A stretch of DNA of 64,000 nucleotides from a virus (taxonomy: Duplodnaviria > Caudoviricetes). This document shows, one piece after another, positions 27,919-39,183 of the stretch (positions are counted from its first letter, which is position 1; each line of letters opens with the position of its first letter). The DNA lies in IMG/VR virus record IMGVR_UViG_3300031786_000572, positions 23,621 to 87,620 of that record; one strand, 5' to 3'. The notes under the pieces are model-generated. The model had not been told where the DNA came from. It saw only the letters and a program-made list of their open reading frames with translations, and searched no databases. The position numbers and the translations under genes were made by a program.

Positions 27919-30900
27919 ATGGCAGAGACATCAAATAGTTTTGCAACCATACTTGCGGATTTTATCCGTCTTCAAAATAATTCACTTGAGCAATTACAAA
28001 AAGTTTCTCAAGCGGTTACTACGAATGCAGATACAGTTACAGTTACACAAACAAACTCAGACGGAACTACAAGTACATTTACTTTACCATCTTTTGGATT
28101 CTTAAAATCAAGTATTGAAAGAATAGACAAGACGGTAAGTACTATGCTTGGCTTTGATGGTTCAGAGGCTTACATTCGTATGCCTGATGGAACTTTTAAA
28201 AAAATCTATCAGTCAAAGAATGTTACTGACCCATCACCAGTAGGACAAGTTACTGTTCCAGCTAAATTTATTGCTGAGAACAATTACTTCTTTGAGTCTT
28301 TATTATCACCTGCTTTAAAAGTTAGCATTGATGTTTCCAAATATGTTCCACAAGAAGAAAGTAAGATTTACGTAAAACGTATGATTCTTAGTCTTGACAC
28401 TGACGATAAGATTCAATACTTTAATAATAGTCTCAAAGGTAAGAATGATATTAATTATGTTAACTTACTTGTAGAATTGCAAAAACGTAACATTACATAT
28501 TTTGTTGATGAAGGTGTAAATGATCTTCCTCTTTCTATTGTAAGATACACTGGAGATTTCATAACAGTTAATATTGAAGATAGAACATACAGTAATCCTG
28601 ATGGAAGTACTTCAACTAAACGTTGGTACCTTCTTAATACTTTAAAATATAATGATAATCTTTCATTAACTAAAGATACTATGGTTCTTAAGCCTGGTGA
28701 CAAGTTATTAAAAGGTGAATCTATTTATGAAGTATCAGAAATTGATAACTCAACAAATTTCATTAGAATTAACCGCACTAGTGGTTATGATCCTTTAGTA
28801 GTAGGTGAACCTGTAATATTCTATTCTGAAACATTCTCACCTAAAGTTGCTAACGTTGGAATTGGATATGATGAATATGAAGTTGTGTTCTTTAAGAGTG
28901 TAAATGATACTGAAAACCTGTTATCATCTACATATTCACCGGGTGTTGCTTTTTACACAAATGAATTAACAATAGATTTAACTACAGGACCTAAGTTACT
29001 TAGTGATTTTTATAATGAATCTGTTCTTGACTTTGGAAGTATGCTTCTTGCAGGTTCTAAAGAAAACAAAATTGCTGCAGTAAATGGTCTTGTACCTAAT
29101 GCACCCGTTCTTAACGAAGTTAACTTTAAAGTAGTTTCGGTTAATGATCATAAACTTGACCAAGCTGAAATACAAGCTATTCGTAAAAAGCAAGCAGATA
29201 AAGTTCGTCTTGAATCAGAGATAACCGAATTACAGAAATCTATTGACAAAAAGAAAGAAGAATTAAACACAACTAAATTTAACTCAGATACTGAAAGAAG
29301 AGCTGTGAAAAACCAGCTTGACTCTCTTATTCGAGAAAAAGATACAAAAACAGCTCTTTATGCTTCAATCGTTAAAGAACTTGCTGTTACTGCACAACAA
29401 AAACCCGCTGCGCTTGATACACCTAAATATCGTATCCGTGGATTCTATGCTATCCCAGAACCTGTAAAGGATTCTAACGGTCAAGAACAAAATGTAATAC
29501 AGTTCTATACATACTATAGATATGTTCGTCCAGATGGCTCTGCAAGTGACATAAAGCAATTTGATTATACAGATACAAGCGGTGCAATTAAAAGAGCTAC
29601 TTATAGTAATCTTAATGAAGTAAAATCAGAGATTCGCAAAAAAGTATATGATCCTGTAAGAGGGATATATGTTTGGCTTGAAGAAGACATTACTAATCCT
29701 GATGTAGTAAATATTAACCAAGTTGATATTCCAATATCTAATGGTGAAAAAGTTGAGTTTTATGTGGTATCAGTTTCTGAAGCTGGTTGGCCAGAAAACC
29801 CAATTCTTTCAGTACCGTCTAATATCATTTCTATTACTTTTCCACAAGATCTTGTTTCTGAAGACGAAGCTACTATTGCACTTCGTGAAGCATCACAAGA
29901 TATTGTAAGAGTAGATCTTGAAAATGATTTAGCTGCTAAAGGACTTGATGTTCACCTTGCTTCTTCATTTAATGCAATAGAAAAATACTATGCGCATGAT
30001 ACTTCAGTAATCTCTTCAAATGTTTATACAGCTCAAGGAACTGTAATATCATTAGAAGATTACATTACTAGTCTTAACTTGAGAATACAAGATCTTGAGA
30101 ATAGACTGAATAAAGTTGTGGGAGATGTTAAAGTTTACATTGTAGATGAAGAGAAAAATGCAAAACTCCCTGTTAAGAACGGCGATGTAGTAACTCTATT
30201 TGCTGGCTACTATACAGATGCAGTTAATTTACTTCCTGCAACAAGTCGTCGTGGTGCAATTATTAATAAGTCTTATAAAATTTATCTTGAAAATGAAGAA
30301 GCTTCACCGCTTCAACTTATTTCAAGATTACCTGGCGGTATTGCTGAAGAACTACCAGATAGTTTTTCTTCCTCGGTTCCTCCTGGAATTAATGACCCAG
30401 ACTATAATCTTTATAGAAAATATGATATCACTCCTATTGTTAACCCATCGGTTAATCCAGCTGATACAAATAATGCTAATAAGATTGCTACAGCTTTCTA
30501 CCAAAGCGGGCAACTTAAAGGCCAATTCTTATACAGTAGATATACTGATGTAGGATTAGTTAATCCTCTTTACCAAGCGCCAGGTACAGGAACTAACAGA
30601 TACATTGTTCCATCTACTGATTATTCATCAAATGTTACACAACCTTGGATTTGGAACAGATTATCAGTAGGTCCTGGCACTGGACCTATTGGAGGTGGAA
30701 CCGCAAACAATTTTACTATTCATATTGACCACCCTGCAATTAATCCTCCAGCTGCAGGAACTACTGCTACACTTGCAAATTTACAAACTCCGGTAATTGC
30801 TATTGATCCTATTTCAGGTAATCCGCAATCACCAGAAAGAGTTAGTACTTTTAGACATGCATACGGGTTTAATCAACTTGGTGATAAAAATACGCCAGCA

Positions 30901-31482
30901 AAACAATTAGAATATAAGAAAAACTGGCCTTCTTCTACTGGACCAACTGGGCCTTACACAGGTTTAACTGCAACAACACCAACATTAGGTATTTTACCTG
31001 ATAAGTATGGTTTTGTGAATGATGATAGATATTTAATAGGCGCTGATACTTGTGGTGCTTACTTGTTCTTAGGACCTGTAACATACAATCAATTATTAGT
31101 TAACGGTGTAAATGCTTTAGCAAGTCGTTCATTAGAAAATGGTTCAAATAATGCAATAGTTATTCCAGTGATCTTTCAGTATAGAATGACTGATTATTAC
31201 GGACCTTCTATTACATCTTCTTCATCAGCAGGTGGTAATGGAATCATTGGCGGATATAATGTAACAAACACAGTTCCTCCTAAGAATATAACTTATGTTA
31301 GACAAATAGGATTAGACTTATATCAACAAGATAAACAAACATTCTCTTTCGATATTCAAGTTGCAGCTACATATCAGAAAGATTCATTAATCCAACTTTA
31401 TGAAACAGGATTACCAACAGCAACCAAACAAGTTAAAGAGGTAACCTATGATAAAGCAACCATTAAACGTATATTCTCGTAA
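27919..31482 (+). CDS. Large putative virion structural protein
   Basis: 1187-aa ORF with a central coiled coil ('KVRLESEITELQKSIDKKKEEL') and Pro/Gly/Thr-rich inserts. Confidence 0.55.
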   Translation: MAETSNSFATILADFIRLQNNSLEQLQKVSQAVTTNADTVTVTQTNSDGTTSTFTLPSFGFLKSSIERIDKTVSTMLGFDGSEAYIRMPDGTFKKIYQSKNVTDPSPVGQVTVPAKFIAENNYFFESLLSPALKVSIDVSKYVPQEESKIYVKRMILSLDTDDKIQYFNNSLKGKNDINYVNLLVELQKRNITYFVDEGVNDLPLSIVRYTGDFITVNIEDRTYSNPDGSTSTKRWYLLNTLKYNDNLSLTKDTMVLKPGDKLLKGESIYEVSEIDNSTNFIRINRTSGYDPLVVGEPVIFYSETFSPKVANVGIGYDEYEVVFFKSVNDTENLLSSTYSPGVAFYTNELTIDLTTGPKLLSDFYNESVLDFGSMLLAGSKENKIAAVNGLVPNAPVLNEVNFKVVSVNDHKLDQAEIQAIRKKQADKVRLESEITELQKSIDKKKEELNTTKFNSDTERRAVKNQLDSLIREKDTKTALYASIVKELAVTAQQKPAALDTPKYRIRGFYAIPEPVKDSNGQEQNVIQFYTYYRYVRPDGSASDIKQFDYTDTSGAIKRATYSNLNEVKSEIRKKVYDPVRGIYVWLEEDITNPDVVNINQVDIPISNGEKVEFYVVSVSEAGWPENPILSVPSNIISITFPQDLVSEDEATIALREASQDIVRVDLENDLAAKGLDVHLASSFNAIEKYYAHDTSVISSNVYTAQGTVISLEDYITSLNLRIQDLENRLNKVVGDVKVYIVDEEKNAKLPVKNGDVVTLFAGYYTDAVNLLPATSRRGAIINKSYKIYLENEEASPLQLISRLPGGIAEELPDSFSSSVPPGINDPDYNLYRKYDITPIVNPSVNPADTNNANKIATAFYQSGQLKGQFLYSRYTDVGLVNPLYQAPGTGTNRYIVPSTDYSSNVTQPWIWNRLSVGPGTGPIGGGTANNFTIHIDHPAINPPAAGTTATLANLQTPVIAIDPISGNPQSPERVSTFRHAYGFNQLGDKNTPAKQLEYKKNWPSSTGPTGPYTGLTATTPTLGILPDKYGFVNDDRYLIGADTCGAYLFLGPVTYNQLLVNGVNALASRSLENGSNNAIVIPVIFQYRMTDYYGPSITSSSSAGGNGIIGGYNVTNTVPPKNITYVRQIGLDLYQQDKQTFSFDIQVAATYQKDSLIQLYETGLPTATKQVKEVTYDKATIKRIFS

Positions 31483-34400
31483 TGACAGGACCAAATTTTT
31501 ATACGATTGATTTTTCTAGAGAAGTAGTTCTACAAGGAAAGTCAACAACATTCATAACGATAGGCAGAAATGAAGGTATTAACTTACTGCCAACTGAGGA
31601 TTTGTATGTAATCGTTATGCCTAATACGAGAACGTTTAATTCTTATTTAAGTGGTACACAAACACCAGGCGGTACTGGGTTAACTGCTATTCAAGAAGTT
31701 GAAGTTACTACAACAACTACTAATGTAAGCCCAGGAGTTTTAAGTTTTAACAACATAGAACCCGGTATGACTGTTAAGAATGCTTGGGATTTTCAAAACT
31801 CTGGAGCAACAGGACCAATTTCGGTAACAGTAGGTTCTACAGTAGATAGTCAGATAAATGAAAAAATCATTAGTTTGACAGGATCTCCTGGTTTTGTAAC
31901 AAATGATGGACCTACCAATATTCATATAGGTGAATGGGATGATAGCGGTAAAAACCGATGGAAAATAAATGGTAAAGTTTTAAGTGATTACGAATACATT
32001 GCATATACATCTCCACCATCTAATCAAGATGTAATTAACTTGCCAAATATATTTGATGGTTCAAAAGAAACTTTTGTTGGACCTTCTAGTACTTTAGTTG
32101 GTACTGGTTACGTTGGTCGTCAAAACGGTGGTTGGGTAGTAGTTAAAAGTAATCCCAAATTACCGAATGCTTCTGTTACATTGAGAATTGATTACGATGG
32201 GACAGATCATTCACATATGAAGTTTAATCTTATAATCTTTAAAAAATTAATAAATAGCGGTTTACTTACATATCAAGCGCCGCTAAATTTACCAACAAGT
32301 GTATCACCTAATTCTGAAGATTATGTTACAGTTCCATTTGGTGTTAAGTCAGGATCTTCTACATTAGGATTAACAAATTATCTTGACTATCAAGAAGTTC
32401 ATTTCTTTGGTTATAAAGATACTGATACCAGAACTTCAAGAACAACCTATCAGAATGATTATCAATCAGAAACTAAAATCTATGATGATCGTACTTCATA
32501 TTCATTATTAAAGACAAATCCTAAAATTTCGGGTAACGTTAAAATTACTTTAGATTCTACAGGAAACTTGTGGTTAAACTCTATTGATGCAAATAACGAA
32601 TTAGCAGATTCTGCATATAAGAAATACCCTGTTAGCCCATTATCTACATACCCAAGAGACCTTTACAAGTTCTTTAAGAATGGACAGACGCCAACCTCAA
32701 TTATTTTTGATCTTTATCAAGTTGACAATCTTTATCAAAATACCAAAAGAAATTTATACGAACAGTTTGATAACTTTTATAACTACGGAGTTGAGCAATT
32801 AAAAAGTAAATATTATGATGAAAACTTTTCATTCTTTGCACCACTTTGGTTAAGAAAGAATGTTCCAGATTTCTTTATAGTATTTCGTTTAGATCACCCG
32901 GTTTCTGAAGAGACATATAAAAATGCAAGTAATCCTGAAGTATTTAAAAGTTTCTTTAAAGACGCAAGAATAGTTAAAACATTTGACATGCGTGAGAAAT
33001 CACAGCTTGGTACTTACTTGCGTAAAATTACCACGGATCCTCGTTTTAAAGAACGTCCACTTGACGTTAGTTTTGATAGTGACATTCCTACTGTTTGGAA
33101 TGGTATTTCTTATGCAGATGGCACAATGACAGGTAAAGGTGAGTTCTTATTTGATTACTGGAAGCAAGATCGTCCTGTAATTGAATTAGAAGAATACATC
33201 ACAGGTGGTTACCAAAGAAACGGAATTATTAGTTCAAATCTTGTTAACTTAGAGTTCTTATTTGATGATGAAGAAGCTACTCCATATTCTATTAATCGTT
33301 ACTTTGGTTTATATGTAACTGAAAACCAATTAGCAAACTTTCAAATTGATTCTACTGCATTAGGAAAAATCTCAGGTCAAACACCTCTTCCTAAAGTTGG
33401 AGTTGACGGTGAACCGTATAGTACAAAAGAATTCATTCAGAATAATCCAAATGGGATAGAAATTCCTGTAAGATATTTTCATAATCCTAGCGGTGTTGTA
33501 AATAACACTAATATACCTTCATACCAAGGTGATGTGATTGGAAAGTTTCCACTGCCAAGTTTTGTGGAAGATCCTCTAAGAATCTTTTATGTTAAAGACA
33601 GAGAAGATGCGTTTAAACGTATCACAGCATTATCTGAAGTAGATTATGGAAACCCTGGCACCGACGATTACCGCAGAGTAACTCAAATTAAACTATTTGA
33701 TAATACTGAAGACATGAGCAAATATGCAGGTGTTAATCAAATATCATCACAGTTTAATGCAAGTCTTTTAAATGAAGGCGCTTCACAGTTAAGATTACAT
33801 TTAGCGCAACATGATTCCGCAAATGTTTTTGCCGATGATGAAGTTATAGAACTTACAGTTAACCAATATAATGCAGATCCTCGTAATCGTCAGTATTGGA
33901 TAAGAACAAAAAATACTACTGCCACTGATATAACATTTGAAGTATTTTTAGATCAACAAGCATACCCATTAACTAACCAAGCATACACAATGCCAGCGGT
34001 AGGAGCTACTACTGTAATTTCAGTTAATGACAACTTTCATACTTTTGTGGTTGGCGAACAAGTTTGGGTTTCTGGTCTTGGTTATTTTCAAATTAAGTCT
34101 ATAGCAGCTACAACTAATTTAACTGTTATGAATACTGGAGAAGCTGGCAATGCAGCGCCAGGGACAATCATACCAATGTTTTATAATGCTGTTATAAGTA
34201 GAATTTCTCCTACATACATATCAACATATAATTATACCCCGTTTTCAGACATTTTAACAATAGATACTGTCTTATCATTAAAATTACAGAGTACTAATTT
34301 ATTCGTGCATCAATTAGGGTTTTGGAGAGTTGAAATTAAAGATACGCAAGTATCTTCAACATATATTGCAGGCTCAGGACAACCGGACCTTGAACCTTTA

Positions 34401-37400
34401 GCTTCTCCAATATCTCAGCAGTTTAAGTGGAGAATGACAGCAAGTCCTGTTGCTTTAGCTGCGGGGCAGTCTTGGAATTACCCAGTAGCTGATCCTAATG
34501 GTTATGATTATACAACCAACTTTAGTAACGAGGGAACTCCTTCACAGGTTGCTACTGCATTAGCGTCCGCAATAAATTCATTTGAAAATAGACCGTGTGA
34601 TGCACTTGCTATTGATGATGTAATTTATCTTAAAGCAGTACGCGCAGGATTGGAAGGTAATAACATACAATTAACTCGTAAAATGATTGACGGGCAAAGT
34701 AATGTGTTTAACATGGGATTTTATGAAAGATCTAATGTAAACCTTACTTATGATGTTAGTGTTGTAAATTTACCGGGTTCAGCAACAGCTCCTGTATATT
34801 TAAAGAATAGATCTTCAATCGCAGGTCATTCTTATACATTCGTTGAAGTATACAAAACCATTACTGGAGTTTATTTTCAACTTAGAGAAGGTGTTACACC
34901 TACATCTTTACTTGATGCATCTTTATCGGGTTCAGTATCTTATGAAGTTGCTGCAGCTAACACAAAAGAATATTCAAATCCTAACTTAAATTTTGCAATT
35001 GATATATCTGGACTTAGCCTTAATGTTTATCACCAGTTTGTTGTTGAAAGTAATGTAGGTCCACTAGAAATTAAGCAATTATTTGTAGGAGGTTCAGAAC
35101 GCAATCGTAATAGAGCAAGTATAGGCTTTGTAGACTCTCAGAGGTACTTTAGTGACCGCAGATTAAATCTTACGGCAAATATTATTACTGGCTCAAATGT
35201 TCTTTCTAATGTACTTGTAGATAACATATATGTTGGCGCTCCTGTAATTGGAGATGGAATACCTGCAGGCACTTATGTGAATGAAATTGATTACTTAAAT
35301 AATCAACTTATTGTAAGCAATGCGGCTACTTTGGGTACCCCAGCAATTCCTGCTACATTAACAACACCGTTTATTCCAGCTAAACCGTATCTTTCAAATA
35401 TCACGGTTGGTGAATTGTCAATCTTAAATAATGAAACAATTAAAGATCAATGGTACCAAGCACAAAAAGGATTCTATTCTCAAATGAAACCTTGGGAAAT
35501 CCAAGGAAAATATGTTTATTCATTACCTTACCTTGAAGAAAAGGTCGAGGATAGATTTAACAATGTTTCAGATTATACAAATCTTGGTGAATATAGTATC
35601 ATACAATTAGCCAATAATACAAATGAATTTTATCAAACAACAGATAAACGAATTGTTGCGTATGATATTTATAGACCTATTGTAGGTATCTTTTCAATAT
35701 TTCCTATTAAGGAATTTGATGTTGATTTTTACTTTTCAGATTATTCATACACACCTATTTTAGAAGCTTTACGTTACTATTTTAATGAAACGGTAAATAA
35801 AGATGGTTCAATAGTTTTACCAAGCGATGAAAATTATAAGATAACTCCGATTGATGTTTCAGGCAATGAAATACATAGTGATCTTGATATAAAAATAGAA
35901 GCTCTTAATCCTGACACAAATACTTGGGATGAAATTGAAACCATATCTTTAAATGAAGAATTGCCTGTTAGAATTAGCAATAATAAATCATACATAATTA
36001 ATACTTATTATCCGTTTTACGTATATGATGAACTTGAACAGCCACAAGTTCCTAGTGATCCGTCTAACTATTATATAGGTGGGTCAGGATTGCGTAATTT
36101 TATGAGACGTAATATTTCATCAGTTGATGACAGTGGTAATGTAACTGAAAAAGTTCCACATTCATACAGATTATCTTTTAGCAGTTCTAACACAAATTTT
36201 GCAGGTGTTAACATAGTTAAAAATGATTACTATAATGATAATGATTTAAAAACTTTTCAAGGGTTTTCAGCATTAAGTGACATATATTCTCCTGAAGATG
36301 CTGATGCAGTTCGTGGTTTACTTAATGATGAAAAATATGTAGAAGCATTCTTGTATCAAGCATTGCGTTCAGAATACGATCGTCTTAGAGAAAATTTTAA
36401 TAAAGATTATGCTTTAAGATCTCGAGTAGTTCCTTACATCAGCAAATGGGTGCAAGAAGGAACAGATGCTCGTGATAACTATTATCGTTTAGATAATTCT
36501 AGGGCATTTGGTATTACTAACTTTTCGCCTGACACGAATGTAAAATTTGCGGAGCCGTCATTATTAACTAATGAGTTTCCGTATCTTGATACTGTGCCTA
36601 AAGATTATCCAATAGAATCTTTAGAAGGATCACGCTCTTATATGTTTGCAAAACTAGGTGACGCAGCAAAAGGTACACAAACTTGGCTAGACTTGTTAAC
36701 TACAAATGATGATGATGATTGGTTCACTAAATACTTTGCTGTTGGTTATCCTACAGAGATAAACCCAGTCAATAGTCTTGTGCCTAAATCTCGTGATGAA
36801 AGATTTACCTTTATGATTTATAATGAAGGTATTAAAAGATCACAAACCTTATTTAGAGGTGGAAAAATTCAAGTTCTTGATATAAATGATCAGCTTATTC
36901 CACCAACAGAAATTTCTGACTCAACTAAATATAACGACTATAAGTTTGCAGCTATTGCAAGAATTGTACCATACGATCCTTATTTTGTAGAAAAGATAGA
37001 CCCAACCAAATCATTAATAGGAAATAATCTTAACAATGGTAAAACGCAAAAACCAGTTGATATAGAGGTTTATCGTAATGATAAGTTTAAGTCAATCACT
37101 ATGATTATTACTGTGCGTGTACAAGATTATCGTGTACAATCAGGATTAAGCGATTACTTATTCTTATATGCTGTAAATGATCAACTTAAAAACTATAATC
37201 AAACACAAGTTCCTATTGGGAACAGAAGTGCAGGAATTGGCTATAGTAATGCTTTAAGTATAACTGACTTTATACCGTATGCTTTAGTAGCAAGTCCCGC
37301 TTCATATACAGAATTTGCTACTATGATGCCTAGACAAGGTTTCTTTGGTGGTGGATATCTTGAACTAGGAGATACTCGTTTAGGTGGTCTTGTTCATGAA

Positions 37401-39080
37401 AATAATGGTTCAATTGGAACTAATCCACAGTTTATCCCAACATCAGGAAATTTAATTCTTAAGTACAAATCGGTTGATCCTAATTATGGTTTTTCAGTGT
37501 TAAATGAAATTATTCCTACATTGGATAACTATACAAATAAAGATAATGTATTTAGTTTGCCAGCAGTTCTAAATATAACTCCTACTTCATTTACAAAAGC
37601 AGGATCAATCTTTAAATTAATAAATGCAGGTTTAGGTATTAATAATAGAATAGTTCATATTGATCGTACAAATTCACGATTAGTAAATGATCAATACTTA
37701 CCTGAACAAACAACATTTGGTAGTACAGGTAAACCTTTATTTTCAGTGATTGTTCCTGGCACCATTACAACTATAAATGAATTAAGTGTTAAACCGCTTA
37801 CACCTGGACCAAATTATGCATCATCCCCATTATGTGAATTAGATACGTTTAACATTAAGGGTGGAACTGATGCGTATGTTCATATCAAGAACCTATTAAC
37901 GTATGCTTCAATCCAAGAATTTATTAATAGTGATTCAGAATTTATTGAGTACTACAAAGTAGAGGGTAACAAGAAAACGACGGTATCTGATTTTAAGTTA
38001 AGATTTATTAACCCTGACCAAATTGTTAAAACTGGAGTTCTTGCTTATGTAAATGATGAAGATAAACCTATTGAGTATATTGGTTCACCTGTAATAGGAT
38101 ATGACATTGTGAATACTAATCAAAATGAAGTTGTGTATCGTCATAGAGGTTCTTATGAACCAAAGTCAAATGATATCTTATCATTCTGGGTTCGTGAAGA
38201 TAAAGAGTTCACTGAGCATTATGAAAAAGATTACTTACTTTTTAATACCCATTTTAATGATCAATCTCCTCTTAGTGGTTTATTAAGAAACTATGGAATT
38301 AATAAAGTTGCTGATGCTGAAGTTTTAAAAATTCAAAGTGGTGGTGCTTATAAGAGTGTTTACCCTCTTGTTGGTGAAGTATCTGTTGATGCAGCAGAAA
38401 TCTTTGTTCTTAATAGCACATGGGATAAACATTACTACCGTAGATATAATAGTACAACTGACTGGGCGGCTATAGATGGTTATGAAGAAATGAAAGAGTT
38501 TAAATCTTTCTTAGGTTCTAAAACCATGAACATTCCTAAAACCCAAATTTTAGAAACATATAATGAAACTGAAGCAACGTTTTCAGTACTTGAGCCTGCT
38601 GAAGTAGTTGGTGTGAAACTTTTATCCAAGAAAGCAACATCTTTAACTGATGTACAAGGAAACACCAAACCAATTCTTACTATTAATTTAAACATCAAAG
38701 AAAGATTACTTAGAAAACTATATGAAGATATTGATCTTCCTACAAGTTTTGATGAGTTTTCATGGTTAACTACATTAGGTGTAACAGAATTACAAGCGCT
38801 TACAGCAACTGACGTTGAAAGACTTAAAAAAGAATACTTATTAAAGAACATATTAGAACTATACACAATTAGTGAAATTAAATTATATGCGCTTTCAAAA
38901 GAAGGAATCCCTCTTTTTGACATAACTATTGATGACAGAGCTAAGATTGCTGCGGGATATCGCGTAGACAAAGATTGCAAAGTAACTAATGTTGACGAAT
39001 GGAACATTAGAATAACTAAAGAACTTGACACTAAGAAGCCTTATGGTTATGCAGTAAGTGCTACTATAAAACGTATCTAA
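31482..39080 (+). CDS. Giant putative virion structural protein (2532 aa)
   Basis: Uninterrupted 7.6-kb ORF coupled by TAATG to the upstream gene. No catalytic motif was recognised. Confidence 0.6.
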   Translation: MTGPNFYTIDFSREVVLQGKSTTFITIGRNEGINLLPTEDLYVIVMPNTRTFNSYLSGTQTPGGTGLTAIQEVEVTTTTTNVSPGVLSFNNIEPGMTVKNAWDFQNSGATGPISVTVGSTVDSQINEKIISLTGSPGFVTNDGPTNIHIGEWDDSGKNRWKINGKVLSDYEYIAYTSPPSNQDVINLPNIFDGSKETFVGPSSTLVGTGYVGRQNGGWVVVKSNPKLPNASVTLRIDYDGTDHSHMKFNLIIFKKLINSGLLTYQAPLNLPTSVSPNSEDYVTVPFGVKSGSSTLGLTNYLDYQEVHFFGYKDTDTRTSRTTYQNDYQSETKIYDDRTSYSLLKTNPKISGNVKITLDSTGNLWLNSIDANNELADSAYKKYPVSPLSTYPRDLYKFFKNGQTPTSIIFDLYQVDNLYQNTKRNLYEQFDNFYNYGVEQLKSKYYDENFSFFAPLWLRKNVPDFFIVFRLDHPVSEETYKNASNPEVFKSFFKDARIVKTFDMREKSQLGTYLRKITTDPRFKERPLDVSFDSDIPTVWNGISYADGTMTGKGEFLFDYWKQDRPVIELEEYITGGYQRNGIISSNLVNLEFLFDDEEATPYSINRYFGLYVTENQLANFQIDSTALGKISGQTPLPKVGVDGEPYSTKEFIQNNPNGIEIPVRYFHNPSGVVNNTNIPSYQGDVIGKFPLPSFVEDPLRIFYVKDREDAFKRITALSEVDYGNPGTDDYRRVTQIKLFDNTEDMSKYAGVNQISSQFNASLLNEGASQLRLHLAQHDSANVFADDEVIELTVNQYNADPRNRQYWIRTKNTTATDITFEVFLDQQAYPLTNQAYTMPAVGATTVISVNDNFHTFVVGEQVWVSGLGYFQIKSIAATTNLTVMNTGEAGNAAPGTIIPMFYNAVISRISPTYISTYNYTPFSDILTIDTVLSLKLQSTNLFVHQLGFWRVEIKDTQVSSTYIAGSGQPDLEPLASPISQQFKWRMTASPVALAAGQSWNYPVADPNGYDYTTNFSNEGTPSQVATALASAINSFENRPCDALAIDDVIYLKAVRAGLEGNNIQLTRKMIDGQSNVFNMGFYERSNVNLTYDVSVVNLPGSATAPVYLKNRSSIAGHSYTFVEVYKTITGVYFQLREGVTPTSLLDASLSGSVSYEVAAANTKEYSNPNLNFAIDISGLSLNVYHQFVVESNVGPLEIKQLFVGGSERNRNRASIGFVDSQRYFSDRRLNLTANIITGSNVLSNVLVDNIYVGAPVIGDGIPAGTYVNEIDYLNNQLIVSNAATLGTPAIPATLTTPFIPAKPYLSNITVGELSILNNETIKDQWYQAQKGFYSQMKPWEIQGKYVYSLPYLEEKVEDRFNNVSDYTNLGEYSIIQLANNTNEFYQTTDKRIVAYDIYRPIVGIFSIFPIKEFDVDFYFSDYSYTPILEALRYYFNETVNKDGSIVLPSDENYKITPIDVSGNEIHSDLDIKIEALNPDTNTWDEIETISLNEELPVRISNNKSYIINTYYPFYVYDELEQPQVPSDPSNYYIGGSGLRNFMRRNISSVDDSGNVTEKVPHSYRLSFSSSNTNFAGVNIVKNDYYNDNDLKTFQGFSALSDIYSPEDADAVRGLLNDEKYVEAFLYQALRSEYDRLRENFNKDYALRSRVVPYISKWVQEGTDARDNYYRLDNSRAFGITNFSPDTNVKFAEPSLLTNEFPYLDTVPKDYPIESLEGSRSYMFAKLGDAAKGTQTWLDLLTTNDDDDWFTKYFAVGYPTEINPVNSLVPKSRDERFTFMIYNEGIKRSQTLFRGGKIQVLDINDQLIPPTEISDSTKYNDYKFAAIARIVPYDPYFVEKIDPTKSLIGNNLNNGKTQKPVDIEVYRNDKFKSITMIITVRVQDYRVQSGLSDYLFLYAVNDQLKNYNQTQVPIGNRSAGIGYSNALSITDFIPYALVASPASYTEFATMMPRQGFFGGGYLELGDTRLGGLVHENNGSIGTNPQFIPTSGNLILKYKSVDPNYGFSVLNEIIPTLDNYTNKDNVFSLPAVLNITPTSFTKAGSIFKLINAGLGINNRIVHIDRTNSRLVNDQYLPEQTTFGSTGKPLFSVIVPGTITTINELSVKPLTPGPNYASSPLCELDTFNIKGGTDAYVHIKNLLTYASIQEFINSDSEFIEYYKVEGNKKTTVSDFKLRFINPDQIVKTGVLAYVNDEDKPIEYIGSPVIGYDIVNTNQNEVVYRHRGSYEPKSNDILSFWVREDKEFTEHYEKDYLLFNTHFNDQSPLSGLLRNYGINKVADAEVLKIQSGGAYKSVYPLVGEVSVDAAEIFVLNSTWDKHYYRRYNSTTDWAAIDGYEEMKEFKSFLGSKTMNIPKTQILETYNETEATFSVLEPAEVVGVKLLSKKATSLTDVQGNTKPILTINLNIKERLLRKLYEDIDLPTSFDEFSWLTTLGVTELQALTATDVERLKKEYLLKNILELYTISEIKLYALSKEGIPLFDITIDDRAKIAAGYRVDKDCKVTNVDEWNIRITKELDTKKPYGYAVSATIKRI

Positions 39081-39142
39081 GATATATAAGTATATCCACC
39101 TATTTAGCAAGAATTTACATACTAAAAGGATTGTGATAAATA
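39081..39142 (+). promoter_or_regulatory. Putative late-type promoter region (GATATATA at 39081, GATAAATA at 39135)
   Basis: About 100-nt intergenic region before the tail-fibre gene. GATATA-TAAG-TATATC at 39081-39096 is also an inverted repeat. Confidence 0.4.
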
Positions 39143-39183
39143 AACAATAAACCTATAGTATAAAAAGATAAAATCAATACGGA